Positions 33,969-46,820 of a stretch of 64,000 nucleotides of DNA are shown here, one piece after another (within the stretch, counting starts at the first letter, position 1; each line of letters begins with the position of its first letter). This stretch comes from Callorhinchus milii. Lineage: Eukaryota. The stretch spans positions 62,001-126,000 of the forward strand of contig NW_024704873.1 in the NCBI RefSeq assembly GCF_018977255.1. The letters are read 5' to 3'. Made by a program: the position numbers and the translations under genes. The notes beneath the pieces are model-generated. The model saw nothing but the letters and a program-made list of their open reading frames with translations, made no database searches and was not told the DNA's origin.

Positions 33969-36900
33969 AGTACGTATATACATAGGTACTTTGCAACTAT
34001 ACCAGTTTCATTACGATGTGGGACAGAGGCACCTGACAGGCTCTTACGCATTTTTTCTCGTGATTCTGGGCTCGAATTTCAAATGCAACAGACAAGAAAT
34101 GAGATTTAATTAGCAATCATTTCCTTCTGGTGTTTGGAAGATTTTATGGGGTTTTTTCTTTTGTCACCAATTATTGCACCATAAATGTTTGCAAATGTGG
34201 TGTTTGTACCAGCTCAAACATAATTGCATAATGAGTGCCCTTGTTCTAGTCATCTAGTGTGAGACATGAAAAGAGATTATAAGCCTTAGATGTTTAAAAC
34301 GCCAACCGTTAAACACTATTTTACTCTCAAATGAGCACGGGAAGGTGCTTATCTCCTGTTTAGAGCTCAGCACCAGTGTGCTTAAACTCTACATTTATAT
34401 GGCAGGACTGAGTCAATCCATAGCATTGCTTTCTTTTGTTCTAATGCCAACAAGATAAAAGACTTACTCAACTGCTGACCTGCAAATCATTGTGCAAGAA
34501 TTAATCACTGTGCTGCCTGACCATACCATATAATCAAAATTGAGACTAAAGATTAAATTAAATAGTACAACGTTTAGCCATGCCGTTAACCTTAATCTAA
34601 TTTAGGACACAACACTGAGAGAAATAAGTTGTATATGGATATGTAACTTTCTTTTCAAAACAATATGAATGAATGAGGTCATATGGTTCAATATGGAAGT
34701 GACAATTATGGGATGACATGGATATGTTTCAATAAAAGACTGGGATTGATCTCCCTTCATAAATGTAAATAATATACATTTTTATTTTACAATTTTTATT
34801 TTAGAGTTTACTAAATGTTACTAATGAACTAAGCAGGTTGTATGTTCTTGTGTACATTCCTGCTGCCTTTGTGTGACCTCACTGCGCTGGGCCATCGAGG
34901 CAACAGTGGAGAGATGACACTTGTGCCTCAGATCTTCATAGGTTCTACTGGGCCAAGAATAAGGCTCCAAGTTTGGCACGCTATTTTTTTGTGAAATATG
35001 TGTCTAAGGTGCAGGAAAAAACACAATAATGCATAGAAATATCAAAGAATGGTGTGCAGCGGTGCACCACCTAAAAGTTTAGCTACTTTCCGGTAATTTA
35101 GTGTGTTAGCAATTGTTTCTAATTAAATAACGTTAAAAAGCTAAGTAGATCATTTGTAATTTTCATTTGTATTATTATGACATTTTGAACACATTTATTT
35201 GAATAGAATAAATTACAGAAATATTTTAAATATGGGGGTGCCCTGTGTGGTTTTGTGAAAGTCCGTATGTGCTGTGCAGTACATCAATGCACGTGTGTAC
35301 ACCAGCGTGTGATAACTGAGTTGGGCCTGTGGGTGGCTGGAAGGGTTATTGATTAACCGGACTTGTACACCAGTCACGTGGTTAATGGCGACTCGGTTGA
35401 GGATTGCAGTGTGTGACACACGTGCTGTTACATCTTACAGGTAAAGGACCCAAATGTTGTTTTTGATCGTTATAGAAATGTTCTAGACTTGTTTTACACT
35501 TCAAGCTTGGCTTTGAATTGTTAGTTTGTGATATATCTAATAGGGGGATTTTAGCAACGTGCACTGTAAAGGATGATGTACTGCAATTACGTACTATAAT
35601 TATAATTTTCTAACCCTAATACTGTTTATTCTATAACCATGCCCATGCACCCAGAGTATGACTACTTGCAATACTATTGAGAATAGAACACATGTACAGT
35701 CGTAAGTTGTACAATGGTGACAATTACAGTACTATATTGTACACATACAGTACAGATAATGGGTGTAAGATACCGATATAGGTCGATGGTATAGATAGAC
35801 ATACAGCTTAGAATTAAAGTAATATGCGAATAGTGAAGTGCAAACGTTACTCTCAAAGACAAAGATGGTTTATCAGTAGTAGAATTGGGTTTAAGAGAAA
35901 CTGTGATTGATTAACAGTACTTGTACACCAGTCACATGGTTAATGGCGATTCGGTTGAAGATTGTGTGACACACGTGCTGTTGCATTTTACAGATTAACC
36001 ACAATAAATGTGTTTGCCCTCGATTTGGAGCACCTGCCCACGTCCTTCATTTCAAGTGTGCAACACCTTTTTATCCGTAGATACAGCCCTATGGGCCTTC
36101 CCCCTAATCAGGCCAGTCTGGCTATTGTAGCAACGCGGGCTCAGCCCACACATCGAGCCAGAACGCTCCCACATTGGTCTTGGTAACACTCTCTCATGAC
36201 TGAAAAAAATAGACGTTCATGGAAGCACCTGTTGCACTGTGTGAAGTTTATTTTCTGTGGTTATTGAACGTTACGCTACGAATACAGAAGCAGCCGTGGA
36301 TTACCGTGTAAGGTTATCGAATTACCGTAAGTGGGCGAAGGGTGATTATAACGTAACCTGTTCAGGTAAGGAACCATCCATTTAGTATGTACGCATGGAC
36401 GGGAGAGGGGGGGGGGGTAACCCAAATGTGTACACTTGCGTATGGGGGGCCTACTGAGAATGTACGTACGCATAGGAAACGGGGGGGGGGGGTTGAAGCC
36501 TCAATAATCTGGAAAACATATTTACTGTTTTTTGGACCAATGTTTCCTGGTGCATCGTCACAATTTAATGTGAACACGTCGACTGAATTCACAATGAGCA
36601 GTGCCCATTGATGTTTACATTTTAATTGTATAGCCAATAACCATTAGCATCCTGCAAGCTCTCAGCTTAGACCACACAGCTCGAGATGGCCTGTGACAAG
36701 GATTTTCCAAAGCCACCTCTCATTCCTTTTGTGTTGTCATTCCAAAGCTTTGAGCCCTGAACAAGGACAGATTACACTGCCTCACCCTGCCTTCATGCAC
36801 AATTGGTCGACAAAAAGCCAAATACTTGCGATTAGAACAGGTTACCTAATGTTTAAACCCATTAATGTATTATTTGAGCAATCTAAAACATTGAGAACAC

Positions 36901-39900
36901 TGCTTGTGATGTTTTCGGTTTGTGTAGCTTTACATTGCAAATTACAACGAGAAGCCTTACGTAAAATATTTAGTAAATATTACACTTATATTAAATGTTG
37001 TGGGGGTAATCATTTCAAAAGCGATTTTAATCAACACGTTCTGAAATAGAGCTACAAATAGTGCAGTCTGTAAAACTTAGCTTTGTTAGATAACACTTTA
37101 AGTTTACTTCATAATTGTTCTTAATGTCTATCAATTGTCCAAAAATATACTCGCATGTGGCCAAAGGAAAATAAAATTGGGCCTTATTTATTGCAAAAAA
37201 ATCTATACATTTTAGTTAAACTGTAGCTTAACAGCTTCTTGAAACCTATAAATAAATAAAAAATCAAGTAAATAAAATAGTGGTCACATTCAACTGTCCC
37301 CTCAATACAGACCTGTGCTCATCATGTTTGGTTGATGTCTTGCAGCATTGTGGAAAGGCCCAAAAGTCTGAGAAAATTATTCTGTTCGCGACATCGCTTG
37401 TGTAAAACACACGACACTGAAATAGCCACGTCACAACATGTACTCGATCTGATAAATGCTGTTTCTCAGATCTCAAATATATATTTATTTATACAGCACT
37501 TGGTTTGAAAATATCAGAGGAAATAAGATAGTTCACCTTGCCAGCCATAGTATCGTTAGTATTGAAGGCCAGCATATGACCTATGAAGACTGGATGTCAC
37601 ATCCATAATTGTATTTAAATATATATAATTTCCATTACAGCATTCTTTTGTCTGCATTTGTTAATAGATCAGCAAATAAAAAGGGCATTTGTTTGTATAG
37701 TATAACAATGTGCAGCTCTACTATGCTGGTTTTCATCAGACTATTAGGGGCATCATGTTTTGAGGTGCCATTTTTTTAGACGAGGGGACCAATTCATGAA
37801 TGGGATTGTTGAAATATCCGCCGATCATACTAACTTCCTGAAAAAAATCCACTCCATCATTATCATGAACTAACGTTGAACACCATAGGCCCCTGGAATG
37901 GATAGGGTGCTTATCTGCTATATTAATGCATTAGTAAGATGTGATAGCATCAACAGCTTTGGCCACGATGACATCTTGAGCTTGAAATTTACGTTCGGGG
38001 CAGGGCGAGGGACTATCATGTTACGGCATGATCCCCACCCTACTGCCAGAAGCCAACAGACTGGGCTCCGATTCTGATTTGTTCTGATGAGCACACCGAT
38101 ACGTGCAGGTAAGTTGTTTGCAAGTGGAGATAAATGGAGCTCCATGAATTGCAAACTGTAACATTTTACGAAGTTTTCACAAAAATTGCCATTTTTCCAG
38201 CAAACGCTGGTCGAATAATGGTTAAAAATTCGTAATGAATTGGATGCTCGAAGTGAAATCTGAAGTTTGTTGAGTGAGAAATGCTTAAAACAACTTTGCC
38301 TTCCCACTTGTCTGCGATTCCTCCTCGTGTCTATGAGTCATTGTATCTCTTTGAGAGCGAGTCAACACTGTATGGAGCATTACAAGTTTAAAATGAAATT
38401 ATTCCAATGAGTACCACTTTGTATAGTGGCAGCCTTAGAGGTTGGCCGCCATATGTGGGTTCTTCGTGCAGAACACTTCAAGGGTAGGATACTCCACACC
38501 AGTTCTGACTGGGGGAAGTTAAAAGTGCCTGTCATCTGGATACCCTCTCCCTAGCCATAGGAATATAGAATTTCCACGAATATGACTCAAGTTGCCAATA
38601 GAAGATATTTTTGGAGAATAATAAATATTGAGACGTTGTGTTTATTACCCAAATATAACTTAAAACAAAGTTTGTTTCTCGTCAAAACTGAGATTTGTTT
38701 TCTCAATCTGCAGCTTAACTCACTCTGCCTTGATAGGCTATATCATACAAATCTTCCGCTAATGCCCTTAAAATCCAGGTGATGCATAACAAATTATAGT
38801 ATCTAATGCACAAATGTACGTCTTATTATGACCACATTTTTACATATTTTCTACATTTGATCTCACCAACTGCGATCGAAATAGTACTGTGTGTTATAAT
38901 AAATGACTCATGCAATCAAATGGGTAAACAACCAGGAAAAGCCATCACTCATGGAGATGACCTCATTGTCCACCCCCCCCCCCCCCCGAGTAGTTTTTGG
39001 CATAAGTCTTATCTGAGGTTACTTCTGAAGTCAGCGATTGCGTGCTCGGCTTTGGGTTTGAAATCATTCCACACCAGATATCAACACTTGCTTTTGTAAG
39101 TGGCCGTAGAGTCATCTTCATTGGCAGTGCTCTGTCTGATACCATCTCTCGTGATAGCAAGTGCAAAGGCTTCACAAGGACAATACTGTTTATATGATTA
39201 CAAAATCTACGTTTTTTTTTGTCTTGATGACGGATGGACCATTTCTTGGCATGAATACGGACTGACGTACTGCTTGTTTCGCATTTTGTGAATGTTTAAA
39301 AAAGTGGATCTTTAAACCAAGACATTTTCCTATAGTGTGTGAAATTATAATAGGAAGTGGTAAGAACACATCTATAAATTGAAAACTACACGGCTTACAC
39401 CATTTGCCTAAGAGAACACTCTTAGTACATTTGTTATTTAGTTTACATAGCCTAGAGGAATTGAGTCATTTTAAAGTATGTAAAAATTGTTCGCTCAACG
39501 GTGATCACCTAACATGGTCTCCATACAACTTGTACAGGTGTTCACAACGGTAGTCTTAATGTTTAAACCGAGCTTGAATCATATACAGGGCAGCCTGAAC
39601 GTTTCAAGCTGGTGCAGATGTTCCTATGGGAGGGGTCCGTGTTTCACAAGCGCAAAGAAGATGGCGCATGATGGTAACTGAATGGGACTTCAAGTATAGC
39701 GACAGGCGAGACAGCTTCCAAGTGGCATTACATAGCCAATGAAATTACACTTTATTGATTCAGAGGGAGACATCTGCTTGCAAGTAATCAGAGGGCCCAC
39801 ACATGCACACACATAGAAAGCGCGACCTGATAACGGTTTTCACAATGGATATTTATCCCTTCCGAGATAACACCGGGAGCAACGCCCTCCACGAGCTTCA

Positions 39901-40029
39901 CGTTTATTATTCTGATAAGTGTGGCCACCCGTGCATGCAGCCCAGGTGGATGTGAATTTAACTTATCCAATCTTGATTATTTAAGCTTCCTTGTCACATA
40001 TTTCTCTCTCTCACCCAAGCCTTCTCTGA

Positions 40030-40215
40030 ATTGTATCCGCACCCTCTCGCCCCTTTACGGCCTCCCCTCCCCCTCTGTATAATGTCTCGTCACAGAGGCA
40101 TGTTTCTCTTTTCACCTGAGGACGATCGCTTGTTGTTGCGATCTAAACGGCGTTATCTATTATTTTTTTATTTTCCTATCTACATGACTTTACCGAAAGA
40201 ACCTAAGAGTATGTT
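40030..40215 (+). mobile_element. Older PLE 3' remnant with degenerate hammerhead
   Basis: CAC-CTGAGGA-C-GATCGC-TTGTTGTT-GCGATC-TAAAC-GGC at ~40103-40151, then TACATGACTTTACCGAAAGAACCTAAGA. Confidence 0.65.
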
Positions 40216-42249
40216 TGACTTGGCCAGTTTTGGCAGAATGGTATCGTACATTTGTTGGTGGGAGAAAAAAAAATCAAACGATCAACATTGCGTTTCTTTG
40301 GCAACAAGCACACAACTCGAGATGATACTCGTATTCCAATTCTGCTTAGGAAGCGTTGTGCAATAATCTTCAGCATGCAATTAAATGTAGGCGCATGTCA
40401 TCTCTTTTAATTCGAGGTTTTATGTTGCACGTGTCTTCATGCCGCATCATGGACACCATGTGCCAGGAAGCATGTCAACTCCCCACTGCGCGCTGATGCT
40501 TCGTAGCGAAAGTGAAGCTTTGGCTTATCTGTGAATTATCTGTGGTACCGGAGACCAAAGAAATATGTGGCTTGTGTTTGGCCCATCCTTGCAAAGTCAA
40601 TTAAATGAGTACTGCTTTGAGGAAAGTCAACATAAGTTGTCCTATCGAGCGGTGACCATTGCCAGAAAAAGGCACGCTTGCCGCAGCCCATCTAATTTAA
40701 GCGGAAAACTGCCGAAATTTTATTTGGCCACGTCCCCGATTTTCAAAGCTAATCATACCGCTTTTTTATATATAAAACTTTTTGAACGAAAATGTTTTTT
40801 ACGATTAATAGTTTTCTGTGAAAATGTGATGTGCAGTTAAAAAAAATTCAAAAATTGGCAGTGAACCACTTAACTCGGTCGAGTTGGCATGTCTGAAAAT
40901 GTGGCTTGGAGATGTGTGTTTCCAGTTGAGTCGTTTTGGGAAAGGGGATACTGATTCGAGTGCAGTAACAGCGTCATGTTTAAAAGTATAACTCAGCAAA
41001 GTTATGTTTTCCATGAGAGCACAAATTTGATTTATAATATATACGACCTTGAGACAGAGAATAATAACAAACTGTGCCATGAACAAGTAGTTTTGACATT
41101 ACAATGGAATCTGCACCAAGCTTGAATTAGCTTAGAATAATACTTATACACACAAACGTACACTTCACGGGGAGTGGTGATATGGTGTTCGACCAGCGTA
41201 CTGATCCTAGTAACTTGCACACTCGAAATCAGTTCCCGATCTGAGACTTGGCCTAACCAAGATAAACCTCGCCCTCATTTTACCCATACCACATTTAAAT
41301 ATGTGGGCGATTGATAACATAATTGCTCCAAACATGCATGAGGTTAACTGCGTCTGATGCAGAAATACAAACTTCACACACAATCACAATAACAAGCATC
41401 TTTCACCATGACACTAGGTGTGACAGGTTAATGTATTCAAAGAATTATAGCGCGGGCACTAGCAACAACAGCTTTCATCATTATGTGCTGGTTGCCTTCT
41501 CTACATCTTGTGTGCCAGAGTTCATGCAGAGCAAGGCCAAGTAGAGTGAGGGCCATTTTTTGATTGCAATCCAAAGAATAGACTTCACATGGGAGGTGGT
41601 TACAAAAGATTTCCCATACCAAAGTACTCAGCTTCATCATCATGGTCGTCATCAGCAGCCATAATATACTGCTGGATAGGTCACCACAATCCCTCTTGTT
41701 CTGACGATGTAATAATCCACCGAGCACGTGCACACAAGTTGGATTAAATGCTCCTCTGTGATGCGTTCCATGCCTTGGCAGTCACTCCATCATTATTCTT
41801 GACAATTGGCCATCATCCCTTCGAGTGATGACCTGTCCTACTCAAGACTGCTTGCTTTTCAGACTAGGCAGCCAACGACGATTAAACCAGGTCTTTAAGT
41901 GTAGCACATAGATTACATTGAGAGAGAAAACTTAATTAATCATTTTCAACTAATACTGCATGTTTCAGCTTTCATAAAATTTTAGTTGGTTGTGTGACAA
42001 ATATTTTACAGGGCAGAAAATTAGAGCTATTTGGTAGCAGATATGGGCAAAATAGTGAAGTAATTTCCGAAGTAGTTTTGTAATATTATCTTCTGGTGGC
42101 CATTCAATGACATGATATGGATTTACTTCTCACTGTGGGCAATCCAGAAGAGCATTTCTCCATATCAGCATATGTAACCAACAGACAAGTTTGGAAGAAT
42201 AATATTTTTTTATTCAAATAAAACTTTTTTAAATAGCCAGAACAAAGCA

Positions 42250-42975
42250 TCATGGGACCTCCTTTGGCAGTACCAAATAATGATAATAGGCTTTCCCCAT
42301 TTTCTGGCAACAAAACAGGTGTTAAGATGTTAAAACACCAAACTGAAACCTTTTTACAAGAAATCATGTCGGCATCCTCTGGTCTAACACCGTTTGAGAC
42401 AAGGCTCAAAAGAAAGCTGTCTCTGGTGTGGACCAATTAGTTTCAAGGATAATGCATATAGTATCAGAGTATGTTATTTTGTTTGCATTCTGACCACACG
42501 CATTGTGGTTAGGGGCCGTCCATAAATGACATCACGCACCTGGGGGGGGGGGTCAGACATTTGTGACGATGTGTGACGGGGGGGTTTGAGAAATGTGACG
42601 TCACATCAAAATACGCAACTTTAAATAAATATAGACAACAAGTTCTACTTAATTAAATAGACTTTTTAATGAATGTTTTCTCCTACAACATCAGACTGCA
42701 GCGGCACATTAAATACCCACTACATAGACAATAGTTAAAAGCGATTTGAAGCATGTTTTATTTTTTGGGGGGGGGGCAGAGCTTTGTGACGTCATATTTG
42801 AGGGGGGGGTCTGACTTGTGACGCCGTGTGACGATGGCCAGGGGGGGGGGGGTCGAAAATCGTCCAAAATCGCGTGACGTCATTTATGGACGGCCCCTTA
42901 ATGCAGACATGATTCCTTGTAAAAAGGTTTCAGTTTGGTGTTTCAACATCTTAACACCTGTTTTGTTGCCAAAAT
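42250..42975. mobile_element. Fold-back/MITE-like element (same family as 16585-20463) hosting a Harbinger MITE
   Basis: ~42305-42376 is inverted at ~42900-42972; ~42410-42510 matches the reverse complement of ~16715-16815. Confidence 0.55.
42512..42897. mobile_element. PIF/Harbinger (Tourist-like) MITE, 386 bp
   Basis: TIRs GGGGCCGTCCATAAATGAC / GTCATTTATGGACGGCCCC; TTA TSD on both sides; internal TGTGACG repeats. Confidence 0.85.
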
Positions 42976-43899
42976 AAACTCCTTAAAAAAGTTTTTTTTT
43001 AAATAACGGTTTTATTTTAAAGTGCAATAAAAAGTAAATAACTCGATTGGACAACGGGAAGTGGACGACATCTTGATGGCAAGAGACACGTGGCGTCTGC
43101 TTGTTGGGCGAGGCGATTCCAGAGTTTAGGGACCGCGGCGTTTTTGACCTACCCAAATAAATATTAAATTAATAAGCCGTCTATACAAAATGTTATTTGC
43201 TTTAAAATAGCCAATTAATTGATCTATTGATGCCAATTTTGATACATGCATGCAGTGTCACCGAATCTGAGCACGTGTGCAAATTTTGGAATTCATTGGA
43301 CAACAGGAAATTTTGATTACAAGATTTGACCACGACAAACATAGGAGTCAAGTAAAACCATTGAAAAAGGGGAAAACCATATTAACAGAACAAAGCAGTT
43401 ATAGGTGATTGACAGTAATCTGAACCGATGTGCCAAGTTTTGTGTTTATTATGAGACCAAGCAGCTTCCTCAAAGTCAAATGTCGTCAATGAAATTAGGT
43501 CCCAGAATATCCTGCATAATCAGAATCATAATTTTTATTTAGATTGGAGGAATCAAATGAGCCATGAAGGTTTGTTTCACGTATGTCTTGTATGGGCGGG
43601 TCAGCACGTTACAACAACAATAAATGTAACGCTACGCAACGATCCTTACGTCGGACACCAAGTAAGCTACCCAGCTGCTATACAACTTTATAATTTCTCT
43701 GAGTAAGTTTTCCTGATAGCAAAGGCAGCTAGAGTGGAGGGCCCATTGGTGCAACATACTCGGGCAGGTGCAGCTTTATGGAGAATTTGACGGGAAGCAG
43801 ATATCTTCATTATCAGCGGCACAAGGGAGCAGCTGTTTCCTTACAAGTGTTTGACCGGAGCAGATTTAATTCTCTGGCAAAATGTGGCATTTGGTCAAA

Positions 43900-44115
43900 A
43901 CCAGTCAATAACTCGGCGGTAGAGCAAGTGGCTCGAAATCGGAAGGCTACAATTTCAAATCCTGGTGTAGGGTTGGCTCAGCCTGCCATCGCTCTGGGGT
44001 CGATTAAACGACTACCATGTTGTGAGGAATTCAATAGCAGTTGTCCCATATGTATACTCGTCCCGTCATAGGAACGTGGAACTTCCACCACTGGCTCAGC
44101 AAGAGCTGTAACAGG
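43900..44115 (+). mobile_element. tRNA-derived SINE (family A)
   Basis: Reverse-complement match to 8635-8850. Confidence 0.6.
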
Positions 44116-44452
44116 AGTTGAGAAGAAAATCACTTTCATGACATGGCTGCTGAAAACCAGAGCCAATTGAGGCAGAGCACATACTGTTGTACTTTTCTCA
44201 CACATTGAGTGAGGGAACTGGTTACATTTTTGTTTAAACTAAAGTTAAAATTAATACAATTGTTCTGGCATTAATATTGACGTGAGTATTCCTAATAAAA
44301 ACGATTAAAAGATTAGTGTGATGGGAGGAAAGGGATATATGGTTTGAAACGATGTTGCATATATTCAAATTTCCACGACTGATATTCTTAGGTTTTTTCG
44401 GTTAAGTCACGTAAGTAAAACATCAAAATAAAAATAAAATAAAAATAAAAAT

Positions 44453-44493
44453 CACGACGTTTCGGAGGCAACACAAGTCTCCGTCATCAGGTG
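44453..44493 (-). ncRNA. Minimal type-I hammerhead ribozyme (intact core)
   Basis: Minus strand CAC-CTGATGA-C-GGAGAC-TTGTGTT-GCCTCC-GAAAC-GTC-GTG. Confidence 0.75.
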
Positions 44494-44617
44494 GGACCGT
44501 CACAGCCGAATTAGCTGCATCAAGTGAATCAATGATTCAAGATGTAATCCCTTATAAGCAAGTTGAAGGGAGGTGGAGAGGGGGGGGGGTTGGAGAGCTT
44601 ATCAGACTGTGGTAGCC

Positions 44618-44935
44618 AATGAATGGAAACGTATCGGGAGGAGGAGGAGCGGTGATCAAAGACTGCACGCAGTGCTCAACACAATGAATGGAAACGTATC
44701 GGGAGGGAGGAGGAGCGGCGATCAAAGACTGCACGCAGTGCTCAACACAATGAATGGAAACGTGTCGGGACGGAGGGTGAGCGGCGATCAAAGACTGCAC
44801 GCAGCGCTCAACACAATGAATGGAGACATGTCGGGACGGAGGGTGAGCGGTGATCAAAGACATCACGCAGTGCTCAACACAATGAATGGAAACGTGTCGG
44901 GACGGAGGGTGAGCGGTGATCAAAGACTGCACGTG
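44618..44935. repeat. 66-bp tandem repeat inside the PLE (5 units left arm; 3 units right arm at ~45495-45670)
   Basis: Unit AATGAATGGAAACGT.TCGGGA.GGAGG..AGCGG.GATCAAAGACTGCACGCAGTGCTCAACAC starting at 44618, 44683, 44749, 44815 and 44881. Confidence 0.9.
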
Positions 44936-45216
44936 GGGATGTTAACACTCGGTGAAGTAAATTAAAATAGTGCCTGTCAGATAAGATGGTCCAAAAAAGT
45001 GTAATTAAGTCTTTTTTGCGTGGTTAATAACATCTTTCCAATGATTACTGAGTTTGTACCCATCATCACGGTTGAAATTATGTCTGTGTTTGTATATTTG
45101 TATGGATTCGTGTACAAACCTTTGATGGTAGCCAGGAGGTTTGCAGAGAACCTTGGTCTCGGAAAAGACAATTTCATGAGAGCCCGCCGAGTTGTAGCAA
45201 TGATCGGCAATGATCG

Positions 45217-45410
45217 GCCGATCATTGCTACAACTCGGCGGGCTCTCATGAAATTGTCTTTTCCGAGACCAAGGTTCTCTGCAAACCTCCTGGCTACCAT
45301 CAAAGGTTTGTACACGAAGCCATACAAATATACAAACACAGACATAATTTCAACCGTGATGATGGGTACAAACTCAGTAATCATTGGAAAGATGTTATTA
45401 ACCACGCAAA
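45217..45410 (+). pseudogene. C-terminal fragment of Penelope GIY-YIG endonuclease domain (mirrored on minus strand at ~45015-45208)
   Basis: Hand translation ADHCYNSAGSHEIVFSETKVLCKPPGYHQRFVHEAIQIYKHRHNFNRDDGYKLSNHWKDVI has the H..H, R..EAI.I and N(F/L)NRD.G..LS..W motifs of PLE endonucleases. Confidence 0.85.
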
Positions 45411-45790
45411 AAGACCTAATTACACTTTTTGGACCATCTTATCTGACAGGCACTATTTTAATTTACTTCACCGAGTGTTAACATCCCCACGTGCATTCTT
45501 TGATCACCGCTCACCTCCGTCCGACACGTTTCCATTCATTGTGTTGAACACTGCGTGATGTCTTTGATCACCGCTCACCCTCCGTCCCGACACGTCTCCA
45601 TTCATTGTGTTGAGCGCTGCGTGCAGTCTTTGATCGCCGCTCACCCTCCTCCCGATACGTTTCCATTCATTGGCTACCACAGTCTGATAAGCTCTCCACC
45701 CCCCCCTCTCCACTCCCTTCAACTTGCTTATAAAGGATTACATCTTGAATCATTGCTTCACTTGATGCAGCTAATTCGGCTGTGACGGTC

Positions 45791-45831
45791 CACCTGATGA
45801 CGGAGACTTGTGTTGCCTCCGGAACGTCGTG
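45791..45831 (+). ncRNA. Hammerhead copy with core mutation (GAAA>GGAA)
   Basis: CAC-CTGATGA-C-GGAGAC-TTGTGTT-GCCTCC-GGAAC-GTC-GTG. Confidence 0.65.
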
Positions 45832-46649
45832 ATTTTTATTTTATTTTATTTTGATGTTTTACTTACGTGACTTACCGAAAAACCTAAGAATATGAATCTT
45901 AGCAGTCACGAAAGCTTCAAATCTAGAATTAAATCACGACTGAATGTGCTGCTGAAGGTCTCTTGGTGATAATACAATATTTGATTCGCATCACAAGCTA
46001 TAATCGGAGGGAAGTAAATGAATCCATCTCATTTCAATTGAATGTCTAGTTTAGTTTGTTATCCTTCCCCTGCACCTCCGATTAGCGTGCTTGGCTTCAC
46101 ACTGCGAAATAAGTATGGCTTGTTGGATTTTTTTTACAAATTTTGAGATCCAAAGTGGAAGTAAGTAGGGAAGGTAAGTCCAGGGAAGCTAGGGAAAGAG
46201 CGGCTCAGATGCTTCTTGTCTCTATCTACGGCAAGCAGAACACACTGTTTTCATTCCCCAAATGAAACTGAACTTATACGGCAACTGAAATCCAGTGTCG
46301 AGCCCACTCATGTCGGCATGGCATATGAACACATGCTGCCACTCGGCAAGCCTTGCGTGACGTCAAGCCTGACCTGGTGTTGACATGGCATTCAGCCACG
46401 TGTGTCCTCAGTATAGGCTGGCACTACTGCCAGCTTTCATTTTGATACGATTCCAGATATATATTGGAAGTACAATAGCACCTCGTTATACGTTATCGTA
46501 AACCTCGGCTGTGCTGAGGTAAAAGGTTCTCTCCATTCAGATTTCCTGTAATTGGGTACGGAATTGTTGTGTAACAATAACCGCATATAAAACCCCGTTT
46601 GTTTTCAAAGGGCATTGATTTAAATGCCTCATATAAGTGCAATGGCAGA

Positions 46650-46820
46650 GAAAATGGTCCCCCTCTATAACCTGAACAGATTGTTGGTGCAAGTCCTGTC
46701 TAGCGAGCACTTATGAAGGCCCGCATACCACGCGTGGGGTCGGGTGGACACAAACAACACGTGGCCATCTTTGTCTCCAACAGTGCTCATGTTTGCACAC
46801 GGCACCAGGTACTCATTTAT
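46650..46820 (-). mobile_element. SINE family B, partial
   Basis: TAGCGAGCACTTATGAAGGCC..CTTTGTCTCC..GGTACTCATTT shared with 842-1124. Confidence 0.55.

Larger units (their letters stand above)
44383..45934 (+). mobile_element. 5'-truncated Penelope-like retroelement with long inverted duplication (~1.55 kb palindrome)
   Basis: 44383-45217 mirrors 45218-~45893, centred on GCAATGATCGG|CCGATCATTGC. Contains GIY-YIG C-terminus, 66-bp repeats, HHR and tail. Direct repeat CACGACTGA at 44374-44382 and 45935-45943. Confidence 0.9.

Noticed and set aside
41460-41880. Coding-looking segment
   Set aside because: No convincing open frame and no recognisable domain in the frames I translated.
44552-44965. 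66-bp repeats as a CRISPR array or repeat protein
   Set aside because: Head-to-tail units with no unique spacers, no cas genes, eukaryotic context, and located inside a PLE.
44977-45481. Mirror-image ORFs MVNNIFPMITEF... on both strands
   Set aside because: Antisense/off-frame read-through across the palindrome apex; the meaningful frame is the GIY-YIG fragment.
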